A DNA stretch of 24,694 nt from Octopus sinensis (Eukaryota). The notes beneath the pieces were generated by a model. It did no database searches, was not told the origin of the DNA, and worked only from the letters and a program-made list of their open reading frames with translations. Of this stretch, positions 10,376 through 21,307 are shown piece by piece (the first letter of the stretch is position 1; every line of letters begins with the position of its first letter). Location: positions 1 to 24,694 of the forward strand of contig NW_021836324.1 of the NCBI RefSeq assembly GCF_006345805.1, given 5' to 3'. The position numbers and the translations under genes are program-made.

Positions 10376-12199
10376 TTGTTCGTGATGAAATATTTTCCAA
10401 ACGCTAAAAAGAATATTTCCAATTCTTTGTTATGTTTGTTCGCTGCTTCCGAGCAGAAAACATCATTCAACCATATTCCCTGTACGGACAGTCGCTTGCT
10501 GGCAGTTAAACGAAGCGGGCCGCTGCCTTCAAACTGAAAGACAAAAGAGAGAAAAAAAAAATCAGAAAATATTTCTGTAGTGTCGGATTTAGTCGACGTT
10601 AACGAGATTTTGACACTAAATCTACGCTGGTTTCTATTTGTTTTTTATGATTTGCTCTGAACTAGCCATTCGATTAACAGCTTTGTTGATACGAAGGAAG
10701 TCGCCCTCGGCGTCCAGCTTCAACGACACGGCACGAGGAATACACGCAGCCGGCACAAATACGAGATCAGTTATATTTTCTGATATTTAAAACGGCGTTG
10801 TTATTTACAGTTGTGATATCCAGCATTGGGGATATACAATACGTAGACATCTCATCTGAGATTATTAGAACATTGAAATCATTTTAAATTACAAAATGGA
10901 GGAACTATTTTCAAAAGGATGAAACGTGGAGAGAATTTGAACTTTTGATGAAAAAACATTCGGAAAGAAGAATCTATATTGGTTAAATATATGTTAACCA
11001 CCTCATACGTACACATTTTATACTTCTACTCCCTCCTCAGGGAATCTTTTAAAAATCCTACATAGGTTTGGTTGTGGAAAAAAAAAACAAATTGACTCGT
11101 AAAATTCAATTTATATAAACTAGTGTAGCAAAGAAATGTGTGAATTTCTTTCTGGAGCCTTCTTTCTGGTTTTTTGTTTTTAAATTCGTTATATCAAACG
11201 AAAAACCATATTTTGAGTTGACGTTATTGAAGATAGCGGAGGAAGTTAAATCTTGACCGATTTGTGGCCGAAGAAACTTCCACGGATGATATTTATTATA
11301 TATTATTTTGTTTCACCTTATGCCACTGCCACAGACCTCTGATCCCTGACCTCGACAATTTGGCTTCTGATTTCAGTTGCAAAGAGGATACTTCGCACAT
11401 CTTTAACATACCTGTACTCTTTTGTTTTTTTTGTGACTGCATAATTGCATAAATAACTTGCCTCTAGTTACAATCCACTGATTTAAGGTGAGAGGGGAGA
11501 GATTTGAGGTGGAAGCGTCAATGTTTTTATTGGCTTTTATTATTAATTTCAATTCAGTAATTTTTTTTTTCATTTCTTTTTTTACTGCAATTCTTTATCT
11601 CCACCTTACCTTAATTAATTTTCAAGAGGTTGGATTTTTTTCAAGCTTCAATGTCTTGCCTGACAATTTTCTACCGATGTGCTGTTATGTTGGATGTGCG
11701 GGAGCGAGGAGTGGGATGCGGTGGGGGGAAGGAATCGCACAATGTTATGATGGAAGTGAATAATGAAATCAGAGACAGAAATTTGATGGAGAATGTGGGA
11801 GAAACAGCCACAATACGCCATTTTCTGTGATGATAAAAAAAAACTTATTGGTTATGAGGGACGAGTAAAAGATGATAACGAAATCGATGATGAAATAATT
11901 TACATTTGTTTTATGATACCAAAATCAATATCGCACATTATATTTCTTATTATATGTATTTCGAGTGGAGTTCATGTTATTGTTTTTGTTTGTTTGATTG
12001 TTTGTTTTTTTTTTTAGTTTTTTGCAGTTTTTTTTTTTAAATGCTAATATGCTTGCACAGATACGTAATATATCTAGAAGAACGATACAACTTCAGACAT
12101 CTATAAACCATAGAAGACTATACAACAATACACAATGCGCAACAATTATATACAAACACGCTTGTATATTTACAAATAGACACGCGCACACGAACTTAT

Positions 12200-12300
12200 A
12201 TATGTACATTATATATATACTGTGTATATATATCATATATGTATATGTGTATATATATATATACAAATATGTGTATATGTATATGTATATATGTATATAT

Positions 12301-12332
<32 letters not shown>

Positions 12333-12464
12333 CTGTATATATATATGTACATATATATATGTGTGTGTATATATGTATATGTGTATATATATATATATAT
12401 GTATATATATATGTATATATATATACACATATATATGTATGTATGTATGTATGTATATATATAT

Positions 12465-12514
<50 letters not shown>

Positions 12515-12527
12515 ATATATATATATG
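12200..12527. repeat. Complex (TA)n/(TATG)n microsatellite
   Basis: Direct reading. Confidence 0.92.
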
Positions 12528-13126
12528 ATATTGTTCACAGACTCACTCACATTTGTAAACATATTTGTTACGTTAAACGGATCAGTTCTTTAAAAATTGC
12601 TGTTAAATTCCGAGGCTGCGTCGAAACTGTGACCACGTGACTATGACTGTAGAAAAAGATGATGGGAGTGTTGCTGACGTTTAGAAAACCTAATCATTGA
12701 ATTGACAACGAGTTCACGATGTAGTCATACCAACGATGTTATGTAGTCAAAAGCCCGGGACCAGGCTGAGCTCTTCCAGGCTGATTTTTAATTAAATAGT
12801 GACATTGTCATCTGTGTTGACTCAGCGACCTGTTTAAACTTTTCTAACGACATGAAAATGGTATTGATTTTATCTTCGACCAATATTCGAGTAGATTTTG
12901 CCAGGATTTAGCTCAAAATTGTTTTAAAAAAAAACAAAAAAACTAAAATCCTTAGAAAAACTTCCGAGAAAAATCTAAGCATGTATTTGTAAAAATGCTT
13001 TTTGAGATTCGACTGATAAAATTGACACAAATATTCCAGGTTCAAACTCTATGTATATATCGTGCCTTCCTGGGTCGGTCGATCGATCGGTGGTCGGTTT
13101 GTTGATGTTTTGTTCAGAGTGGCTTG

Positions 13127-13180
13127 TAGTAGTAATAGTAGTAGTAGTAGTAGTAGTAGTAGTAGCAGCAGCAGCAGCAG
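13127..13180. repeat. Compound trinucleotide repeat (AGT)n(AGC)n
   Basis: Direct reading. Confidence 0.9.
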
Positions 13181-13330
13181 TGGTAGCAACAACAGCATCA
13201 CTGGCTATGTGAGGGAGAATTCCTAACGGTGCTATATCGTCACCCATCAACTAAGACAATGATGATTCCACGTTACAAGTAGAATTCTTTTTTTTTTCTT
13301 CTAAGAGCTACAGTTTCCGCACAACTTTTA

Positions 13331-13563
13331 CCCTTTAGTGTGTTCGCATTATCCTGCCAAAACTAATGCTTTTTTTAATCCACATTGTTTTTGAACTAAT
13401 CATGCATTAATCTTGTAGTTATGAGATTTTGATGAGGTGGCTGTTAATTTTTAAGATGACATTAAGATGACAGGGTTGGTGTGAGAGACCAGTTATGGCC
13501 AGTTTGAACATAAAACAGGCAGAATACTTTTGGCCGGATATGACCGGTTTAAATACTAAAGGG
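13331..13563. mobile_element. piggyBac-like non-autonomous element (MITE), 233 bp
   Basis: Terminal inverted repeats CCCTTTAG (13331-13338) and CTAAAGGG (13556-13563), flanked by TTTA (13327-13330) and TTAA (13564-13567). CCC termini with a TTAA target are characteristic of piggyBac. Confidence 0.7.
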
Positions 13564-13999
13564 TTAAACACGCGCATGCGTCAACATATACACCCATATA
13601 CACACACACACATACACAATCACGCAGTGCATAACATTAATTCATTTAAGTAATGCTGACACAGCACTTATCGTTTAAACTCCACCCAAGAAATATATAA
13701 CTCTTAAACTGTAGAAGCACAATTTAATGTCATTTGCGCATTCCTGGCCATTCTTGTCAGATATTCCAATGTGCTTTCTTTACAATGTATACCTGGATCA
13801 TGAGATGAATGTATGTACAAGAGTGTGTTTGCAAGTATATCTATCAAAATATATAGATATATATATATATCCGTTAATATCGAATAGTGAGAATGAGTAC
13901 TCAACACCACATTGGTGTATAAATATTCTTTATTTCTGGGTTAACCAGGCTACCATTGGTTTCATGTTGTACGTGTGCGCGTATGTATGTATGCATATA

Positions 14000-14259
14000 T
14001 ATATATACACATTCATATATATTATATATACATATATAGTGTGTTAAGGTATATATATATACACACAGTATGTTATGGTATATATATATATACAATGCTA
14101 TGGTATATATATATATACATATGTATACATACATATATATATATATATATACAGTGTGTTATGGTGTGTATATATATAGAGTGTATGTTATGGTATATGT
14201 ATATACATAATATATACTGTGTTATGGGATATATTATATATATAATATATATAATATAT

Positions 14260-14314
<55 letters not shown>

Positions 14315-14340
14315 TATATATACATACATACGATATATAT
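14000..14340. repeat. AT-rich minisatellite with about seven GTGTTATGGTATATATA-like units, running into (TA)n
   Basis: TGTTATGG-like cores recur between about 14038 and 14230. Confidence 0.75.
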
Positions 14341-14894
14341 TAGAATGTATACATGGAGGCTGAGTAAAGTGCATGTTTGCGTTCGTGTGTTTACTTTTCA
14401 TACATTTCATGTATGTGTTTATATATACAATATATACATATATGTGTGATGCGTATATTATCTTTCTAGATTGCTCCCTAAGTGAGCTCCTAACGATGGT
14501 GTATGTACTTCTTAAGTATGTATACCTATGCGTATGTGACTATATTTACATGCCATCGAACTGTACACACGCACTTTTGATGCCATGATTATCTTTGCCG
14601 TCAATATAAAATATATTTTTACAATTCTGGACTATTTTTCATTGAGAACCATTTATTTCAATAAACAGTCAAATCTTGCTGTGACTTCAGACAACACAAA
14701 AGTATCCAACGAACTCTTAAAACTGGATATCATTCCATTGTTAGGAATTCCTTGTTTGTGTGTTCCAATATACCTGTGTGTAAGCATGTATGTATGCATG
14801 TATGTATGTATTATCACGTATATATATGTGTGTGTGTGTGTGTGTATTTACGTGTGTGTCTTTATATATATGATACACACCACACACACACATA

Positions 14895-14895
14895 A

Positions 14896-14969
<74 letters not shown>

Positions 14970-15251
14970 TATATATGTATATATTATATACATATATATA
15001 ATATATATATCTATATATATATACAGATATATATATACATATATATACATATATATATACAATATATATATATTTTATAATATAAAATATATATATATAT
15101 ATTATATATATATATATATAATATATATATAATATATACATATATTATAAGTATATACATATATATACATATATATATACATAATATATAATATAATACA
15201 TATATAACATAGTATACATATATATATACATATATATATGTATATACATAT

Positions 15252-15312
<61 letters not shown>
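14895..15312. repeat. Long interrupted (TA)n microsatellite
   Basis: Direct reading. Confidence 0.92.
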
Positions 15313-15313
<1 letters not shown>

Positions 15314-15679
15314 CTTGTATACAATTATGATATGCGTGCATGTACGTTTGCAAGGTCAATATGACATAAATAAATATTATGTAAATACTGGAACCAAATA
15401 CATAATGTCCACCATTCATTTTTATACTTTTTCTTAAAGGGGCATTATTATATTTCGTACAGCTGCCATATGTACAGATCCCTCCCATACTCTCCCTACT
15501 GATCCCTGAAATATTACTAATCCCTGGTGTATGGATTCATTACATGATGGATTCATTACCCTTGATTTTTTCACCATCCACACCAAACTATCTCCCTTTG
15601 TTATCCCTTCATACATATGCTTCTTCTGTCACGATATGTTTCAGAGGTGTATATGTCTAGTTCCATCTACTCTGCTAGT

Positions 15680-16050
15680 TTTAATACTACAGATGCTGTA
15701 TTAACACTTAATCCGGGTTTATAACCCAGTGACATCTGTTGTATTAACACTTCGAGTAGGTGATATTTTTTTTAGTGTTATCCGATGTCTTAACACTCCA
15801 GATATCTAATATCAGAAATATCATCTGTTGTATTAATATATCAGATACGTAATATTTCCTATGGCACATTTGTTAACTCTCCAGATGTGTAAAATTTCTA
15901 AAGCCACATTCCGTATTAATACACCAGATGTATAATATTTCTAGTATCGTCTTAACATTCTAGAAGTATAATATTTTAGTGTCAACTGCTGTATTAAGAC
16001 ATCAGATTTGTAATATTCCAATATTCCATTGCGGTTTAATGTCTTAACAA
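15680..16050. repeat. Degenerate ~42-bp minisatellite (about 8 units), consensus about TTAACACTCCAGATGTATAATATTTCTAGTGTCACATCTGTTGTA
   Basis: TTAA(C/T)AC..CAGAT..TAATATT motifs recur at about 36-45 bp spacing; aligned by eye. Confidence 0.7.
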
Positions 16051-16519
16051 TATATATATATATATAAAAATATATTAATATATATATATTTTATATATTA
16101 TATATAATATGTATATATATATAATATATAATATTATATATAATTGTATAATATATATATATATATATTATATATAATATAATATGTAGTATGTATGTAT
16201 TTGTAATGTTATCTGTTATGTACCATCTATGTGGTGCAAGATTTTACCGTTGTATCAGTATTAAAACTGGAAGCTGTTAAACATCATTCTCATTCCACAG
16301 CTTCACTCACAATTTATGTCCACCCAGAGCCTGTTGCCGCCCAAACAGACGTCGAAGGGAAATTTTTTCAAATGAATAAATAAAGATTTTAAATTTACTC
16401 CTGCATTCTGTTGTATTGCTGCTATTGTATCGTTTCTGTGTTCAAATATCGCCAGGGACAACATTGCCTTCTTCCAAGCGGAATCGATAAAGTACAAGCC
16501 ACGTATTGCAGCTGATTAT

Positions 16520-16575
16520 CTCTCACTCTTTCTCTCTCTTCTCTCTACCTATCTATCTATCTATCTATCTACCTA

Positions 16576-16611
<36 letters not shown>

Positions 16612-16688
16612 ATATATATATATATATAGCTCTCTCTCTCTCTCTCTCTTATATATATATATATATAATATTATTTATCTATCTAGCT

Positions 16689-16733
<45 letters not shown>
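16520..16733. repeat. Compound (CT)n/(CTAT)n/(TA)n microsatellite
   Basis: Direct reading. Confidence 0.9.
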
Positions 16734-16736
<3 letters not shown>

Positions 16737-17163
16737 CAGCTACAAAGTACTCTAAGGCGAGTCCGATTCTACAGAAATGGAAAAGCATTGAGCGAGGCTT
16801 TGCAAAGTCTTCGCACAGAAAAACTGACAAGCCACTTGAACATCCAAGGACAGACCGATAAATACTAATTAATGGAAAATAAATAAAGATAGAAATAAGA
16901 TTAGTAGGTTACTAAAGTAACTGGAACAAAAGCTTGTCGGAAGAAATATCATACTGTGTTTTTCCAAGTCGTTTTATATTTTGAAGGCAAATCTTTCAGA
17001 AGCTGGCTTTGTCTTCCAATTTTTCTGGACTAATAAATGATAGAGTGGCGGTGTATAAATTTTCAATTCTTGTTCGACTATAAACCAAAGATTAGCCACT
17101 TCAAATACATCAAAGTGTAAGTATACGTGTGTGCTCGTGTGCATACGCTTAAACTTATACATT

Positions 17164-17730
17164 GACAAGAAGGTTCTAGCTAAAACAATGATCCAGTCAG
17201 TACCAGAGAATATGACACCACACTTCCATTATGGTTTCCGCAGGTACCAAAGCACAGTACACAAGATCTTTGTTATAAGGCAGCTACATGAGAAATAAGG
17301 AACCAGCATTACGACATGATCACTGCATTTTATGATCTATAAAAAGCTTTTGAAATAATAAGCAATTTTACAAGGTTTGGTTTCCTGCTGCTCAAATTTG
17401 TGAATCCCCCAGACCAAGTCCATCTAGGAATAGCAGTCCAGATCTATATAGAAGGGTTGAAATCTGAAACCATCATTATAAAGGAAACAGCGAGATGTTT
17501 GCATGCTGGTTCCTGCATTTTTTATTATTTTCTTAATCTATGTGACAACACTTTTGCACTGAAGAATGGAAAGCTGGGAGTCATCTATAAACTTTCAACT
17601 CAACATCTGAAAGACAGTTAGTCACCTCAGACAGCGAAAGTCCTACGATATTCTATCTCACCCGCTATTACAGCTTGTTAAAGAATACAGCATGACAGTT
17701 AACCTCCAGAACGCTTAGGTCATCAGTCAA
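17164..17730 (+). mobile_element. Heavily decayed non-LTR retrotransposon reverse-transcriptase remnant, RTE-like
   Basis: Frameshifted translation gives KVLAKT..GFRRYQSTVHKIFVIRQLHEK..QHYDMITAFYDL*KAFEII..RFG..KFVN..YSMTVNLQNA*VISQ. This follows the RTE RT pattern GFR..RST.D.IF..RQL.EK..AF.DL.KAFD..GL.I..KKT.V. Confidence 0.75.
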
Positions 17731-17806
17731 TATCATTCAACTAATCTGTCCACTTTCTTAGTACAGCAGCCACAACTAATCCCGCCCCACCCGATTCAGA
17801 CTCGTA

Positions 17807-18007
17807 GCTTAATTTAAAGGTAATGCGAAAGGCCTGATTTGAGGTTCAACTTTTCGAGTCTTTTTATAGGGCTTAGAAAAACTGAAGGATCGCTGCAATA
17901 AGTGTGTGAATCTTGGACGGGAATGTGATGAATAAAATCATAATTAACTGATCCTCCTCTCTATTTTCTTTTACCCAAAGCCAGGAACTTTTCAGCACCC
18001 TTTCGTA
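17807..18007 (+). mobile_element. Short non-autonomous mariner remnant (transposase C-terminus + right TIR)
   Basis: GLEKLKDRCNKCVNLGRECDE* from 17870 matches the mariner C-terminal G..KL..RW.KC....G.Y.E pattern. TIR GCCAGGAACTTTTCAGCACCCTTTCG (17980-18005) is followed by TA. The TIR differs from that of the 5377-6105 element, and the left TIR is missing. Confidence 0.75.
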
Positions 18008-18337
18008 TGTACTTGTATAGAGCTAAGCAAGCAAAAGTTTTCTCGTGTGTCCGGAAATTTTTGAGACTGAAGTCAAATCAGTATATGCTCTTGAAGCAGC
18101 TCTACGAGGTGCCCTTGCATATCACAGTAGCTACCCAAGGTTATTATCATTCCCAGATGTACACTTCAAGTAGCAAATCTGGTCCAAATTTCCATAAATA
18201 TGCCAGAAATGACATTTTCTTTCTTCATCAAACAGGAACGTGTCTGTTCGTACATTGCTTTGACTCGCTTTTGCGAATATCAGTGAGAATATCTAGTGCC
18301 AGCCAATTCAGACGCAACAGATCACGTTACCAAATCA

Positions 18338-18785
18338 TTACTCTTTTACTCTTTTACTCTTTTACTCTTTTACTTGTTTCAGTCATTTGACTGCGGCCAT
18401 GCTGGAGCACCGCCTTTAGTCGAGCAAATCGACCCCGGGACTTATTCTTTGTAAGCCCAGTACTTATTCCATCGTCTCTTTGGCCGAACCGCTTATGTGA
18501 CGGGGACGTAAACACACCAGCATCGGTTGTCAAGCAATGCTGGGGGGACAAACACACACACACCACACACACACAAACACACACCACATAACACACACAT
18601 ATATATACATATATACGACAGGCTTCTTTCAGTTTCCGTCTACCAAATCCACTCACAAGGCATTGGTCGGCCGGGGGGCTATAGCAGAAGACACTTGCCC
18701 AAGGTGCCATGCCACGCAGTGGGACTGAACCCGGAACCATGTGGTTGGTTAGCAAGCTACTTACCACACAGCCACTCCTGCGCCT
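18338..18785 (-). mobile_element. Full-length tRNA-derived SINE (type A, CORE-like centre)
   Basis: Minus strand: A box TGGCTGTGTGG (18764-18774), B box GGTTCAGTCCC (18721-18731), CCTTGGGCAAGTG CORE-like motif, internal (GT)n tract and (AGTAAAAG)n tail. Octopus tRNA-derived SINE families (OK/OR1/OR2) are known; exact assignment needs an alignment. Confidence 0.88.
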
Positions 18786-19036
18786 ATTACACAGATTTTA
18801 AAACGAAAGCAATAACAAAAATGACTCATCTGAACTTCTTTAACTTTAATCGATTTTTTTGCCGACTTAAAATATGAAAACTACTTGGAAATGAAGTTCA
18901 ACATTTGAGTGAAGTCGTAGCTCTCTAAATGTCAAGAAAATGAATTTATCTGTTTCCGAACAAATATTATCGGCTGTTTACTTAAACAAAGAGCATTTGT
19001 GGCTGTGTGGTCAGAAGCTTTTTTTTTTATGTTGAT

Positions 19037-19284
19037 GTAGTTAGTTAGTTAATTAGTTAATTTGGCTCAAAAGCAAATAGCAAGGCCATGTAGCGGGATA
19101 TGGAGTTAAGTACAGGGTGGTGTTCATGTAAAGAGTTCAGGCCACTTGAGGTCCAGGGAGGCTTTGAACAAAGCGGTCGTCGGCATCTTTACCATCTCGT
19201 CTGGCAGCTTGTTCCACGGATCCGCAACCTGTACTTGACTCAAAAGGTCTCCTCAAGCACAGGGTCGAAACGGTGTTTCTTTAC
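19037..19284 (-). mobile_element. 5'-truncated 3' end of a CR1/L2-type LINE
   Basis: Minus strand: VADPWNKLPDEMVKMPTTALFKASLDLKWPELFT* (stop 19124-19126) matches the CR1/L2 C-terminal WN.LP..V.......FK..LD motif. A short 3' UTR and a (CTAA)n-like tail follow. Confidence 0.8.
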
Positions 19285-19455
19285 AATTCATCATTGGTAG
19301 TACACAGTATTATGAAGGTTGTGTGTGAAGGTGAGAATGACCGTGCTAATATTTTTATAAGTTTCCATAATTTTTATTACCCAGAACATTTGCATTTACG
19401 TATATACAACAATAAAACAATATACATGAGAGGGTGAATGTGATAATTAAAAGTT

Positions 19456-19880
19456 TTTATTCTTTACTCTTTTACTTTTTTACTTGTTTCAGTCATTTGA
19501 CTGCGGCCATGCTGGAGCACCGCCTTTAATCGAGCAACTCGACCCCGGGACTTATTCTTTTGTAAGCCCAGTACTTATTCTATCGGTCTCTTTTTGCCGA
19601 ACCGCTAAGTAACAGGGACATAAACACACCAGCATCGGTTGTCAAGCAATGCTAGGGCGACAAACACGGACACACAAACACACACACACATACATATACA
19701 TATATGTACATATATACGACAGGCTTCTTTCAGTTTCCGTCTACCAAATCCACTCACAAGGCTTTGGTTGGCCCGAGGCTATAGTAGAAGACACTTGCCC
19801 CAGGTACCACGCAGTGGGACTGAACCCGGAACCATGTGGTTGGTAAACAAGCTACTTACCACACAGCCACTCCTGTGCCT
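19456..19880 (-). mobile_element. Full-length type A SINE
   Basis: High similarity by eye to 18338-18785 across head, core, body and tail. Confidence 0.88.
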
Positions 19881-19971
19881 ATTAAATATTTTAAACATTT
19901 TAAATATATTAAATATATTAAATATTTTTAAATATTCTATTAAATATTTTAGTTATTTATTTGAAAATTAT

Positions 19972-20122
19972 TAGGCGCAGGAGTGGCAGTATGGTAAGTC
20001 GCTTGCTTACCAGCCACATGGTTCCAGGTTCAGTCCCACTGCGTGGCACCTTAGGTAAGTGTCTCCTACTATAGCCTCGCGCCGACCAAAGCCTTGTGAG
20101 TAGATTTGGCAGACGGAAACCG
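19972..20122 (+). mobile_element. 3'-truncated type A SINE (head + core), opposite orientation to its neighbours
   Basis: TAGGCGCAGGAGTGGCAGTATGG...GGTTCAGTCCCACTGCGTGGCACCTTAGGTAAGTGTC...AGACGGAAAC. Confidence 0.85.
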
Positions 20123-20225
20123 ACCCAATTGTGAAATTAAATAAATGACATAAGAACAGCTAATGGAGCTGATGGCGTAATTCCTGCACCCTTGTCATTT
20201 ATAGAATATACACATGCATGCGTAT

Positions 20226-20471
20226 ATTCCTTTATCTTTTTGCTTGTTTCGGTCATTTAATTGCGGCCACGCTGGAGCACCACATTAAAGGGGGTTTTTA
20301 ACCGAAGCAACTGACCCCAGAACTTACTCTTTGTAAGCTTAGTACTTATTCTATCGGGCTTTTTGCCGAACCGCTAAGTTACACGAACATAAACACACCA
20401 ACAACGGTTGTCAAGTGATAGTGGGAGAACAAACACAGACACAAAGACACGCACACATACACACACACACA

Positions 20472-20531
<60 letters not shown>

Positions 20532-20718
20532 ATATATATACATACATATATATTATATATATATACGACGGGCTTCTTTCAGTTTCCGTCTACAAAATCC
20601 ACTCACAAAGCTTTGGTCGATCTGGGGCTATAGAAGACACTTGCCCAAGGTGCCACACAGTGGGACTGAACTCGGAACCATGTGGTTAGGAAGCCAGCTT
20701 CCTACTACAGTCACAACC
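20226..20718 (-). mobile_element. More diverged type A SINE with an expanded internal (CA)n tract
   Basis: Same body blocks (GCGGCCACGCTGGAGCACC, TTTCAGTTTCCGTCTAC, GACACTTGCCCAAGGTGCC, GGGACTGAAC) with more substitutions. Confidence 0.82.
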
Positions 20719-20925
20719 GCGGTTACCTGATATCATCAGCAGTATGGAAATAAATGCCACTGGATCTACCTCAGGAATTCCTCAGTGTCCGTCAAGTATC
20801 TACCAAATGGAGGAAAGAAAAAATGGAATTCACAATATTCTTTATTAATGACGACGATCGTTTCGACCCATCTTGCATCGGTCCCTCATGAATTCCATTT
20901 TCTCTTTCTCTCATTTGTTAGATAC

Positions 20926-20944
20926 ATGTGTGTGTGTGCGTGCA

Positions 20945-21016
<72 letters not shown>
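20926..21016. repeat. (GT)n microsatellite
   Basis: Direct reading. Confidence 0.92.
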
Positions 21017-21022
<6 letters not shown>

Positions 21023-21079
21023 GCTTTAGAAAACGCGTCACAATTTATCCTACCTTATGCAAACATGGCGTTATTATCT

Positions 21080-21307
21080 ATTTCTTTATTACCCACAAGG
21101 GGCTAAACACAGAGGGGACAAACAAGGACAGACATAGGTATTAAGTCGATTACATCGACCCCAGTGCGTAACTGGTACTTAATTTATCGACCCCGAAAGG
21201 ATGAACGGCAAAGTCGACCTCGGCGGAATTTGAACTCAGAACGTTACGGCAGACGAAATACCGCAAAGCATTTCGCCCGGCGTGCTAACGTTTCTGCCAG
21301 CTCACCG
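21080..21307 (-). mobile_element. tRNA-derived SINE (type C, Meta-domain-like centre) with a perfect 9-bp target-site duplication
   Basis: Minus strand: TGGCAGAAACGTTAGC / GAGTTCAAATTCC boxes and central GACTTTGCCGTTCATCCTTTCGGGGTCGATAAATTAAGTACCAG (recalled MetaSINE-like motif). Flanking direct repeat TTATTATCT at 21071-21079 and 21308-21316. Confidence 0.85.

Noticed and set aside
9967-10470. 167-aa minus-strand ORF overlapping the terminal exon
   Set aside because: Antisense to exon J and running into a microsatellite; no independent domain signal.
12634-12826. Cluster of CACGTG E-box, TGACGT half-CRE and TGACTCAGC AP-1/ARE motifs in a CpG-richer patch
   Set aside because: Short motifs are expected by chance in 25 kb; there is no conservation or chromatin evidence.
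13704-13830. Signal-peptide-like VICAFLAILVRYSNVLSLQCIPGS* frame
   Set aside because: No ATG, an in-frame stop and only weak splice sites; T-rich DNA readily gives hydrophobic translations.
10376-14665. Possible very long 3' UTR (first ATTAAA noticed at 12791-12796, first AATAAA noticed at 14660-14665)
   Set aside because: The transcript end cannot be set from sequence; variant signals (TATAAA, CATAAA) occur earlier and my scan was manual. Needs 3'-end sequencing.
18007-18390. 127-aa ORF (and an alternative frame CPEIFETEVKSVYALEAALRG..)
   Set aside because: It starts in the mariner TA end and ends in a SINE tail; no recognisable homology or convincing splice sites.
18721-18785. tRNA-like A/B boxes (also at about 6980-7044, 19972-20040 and 21230-21307)
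   Set aside because: These are SINE heads fused to SINE cores and tails; no complete cloverleaf was identified.
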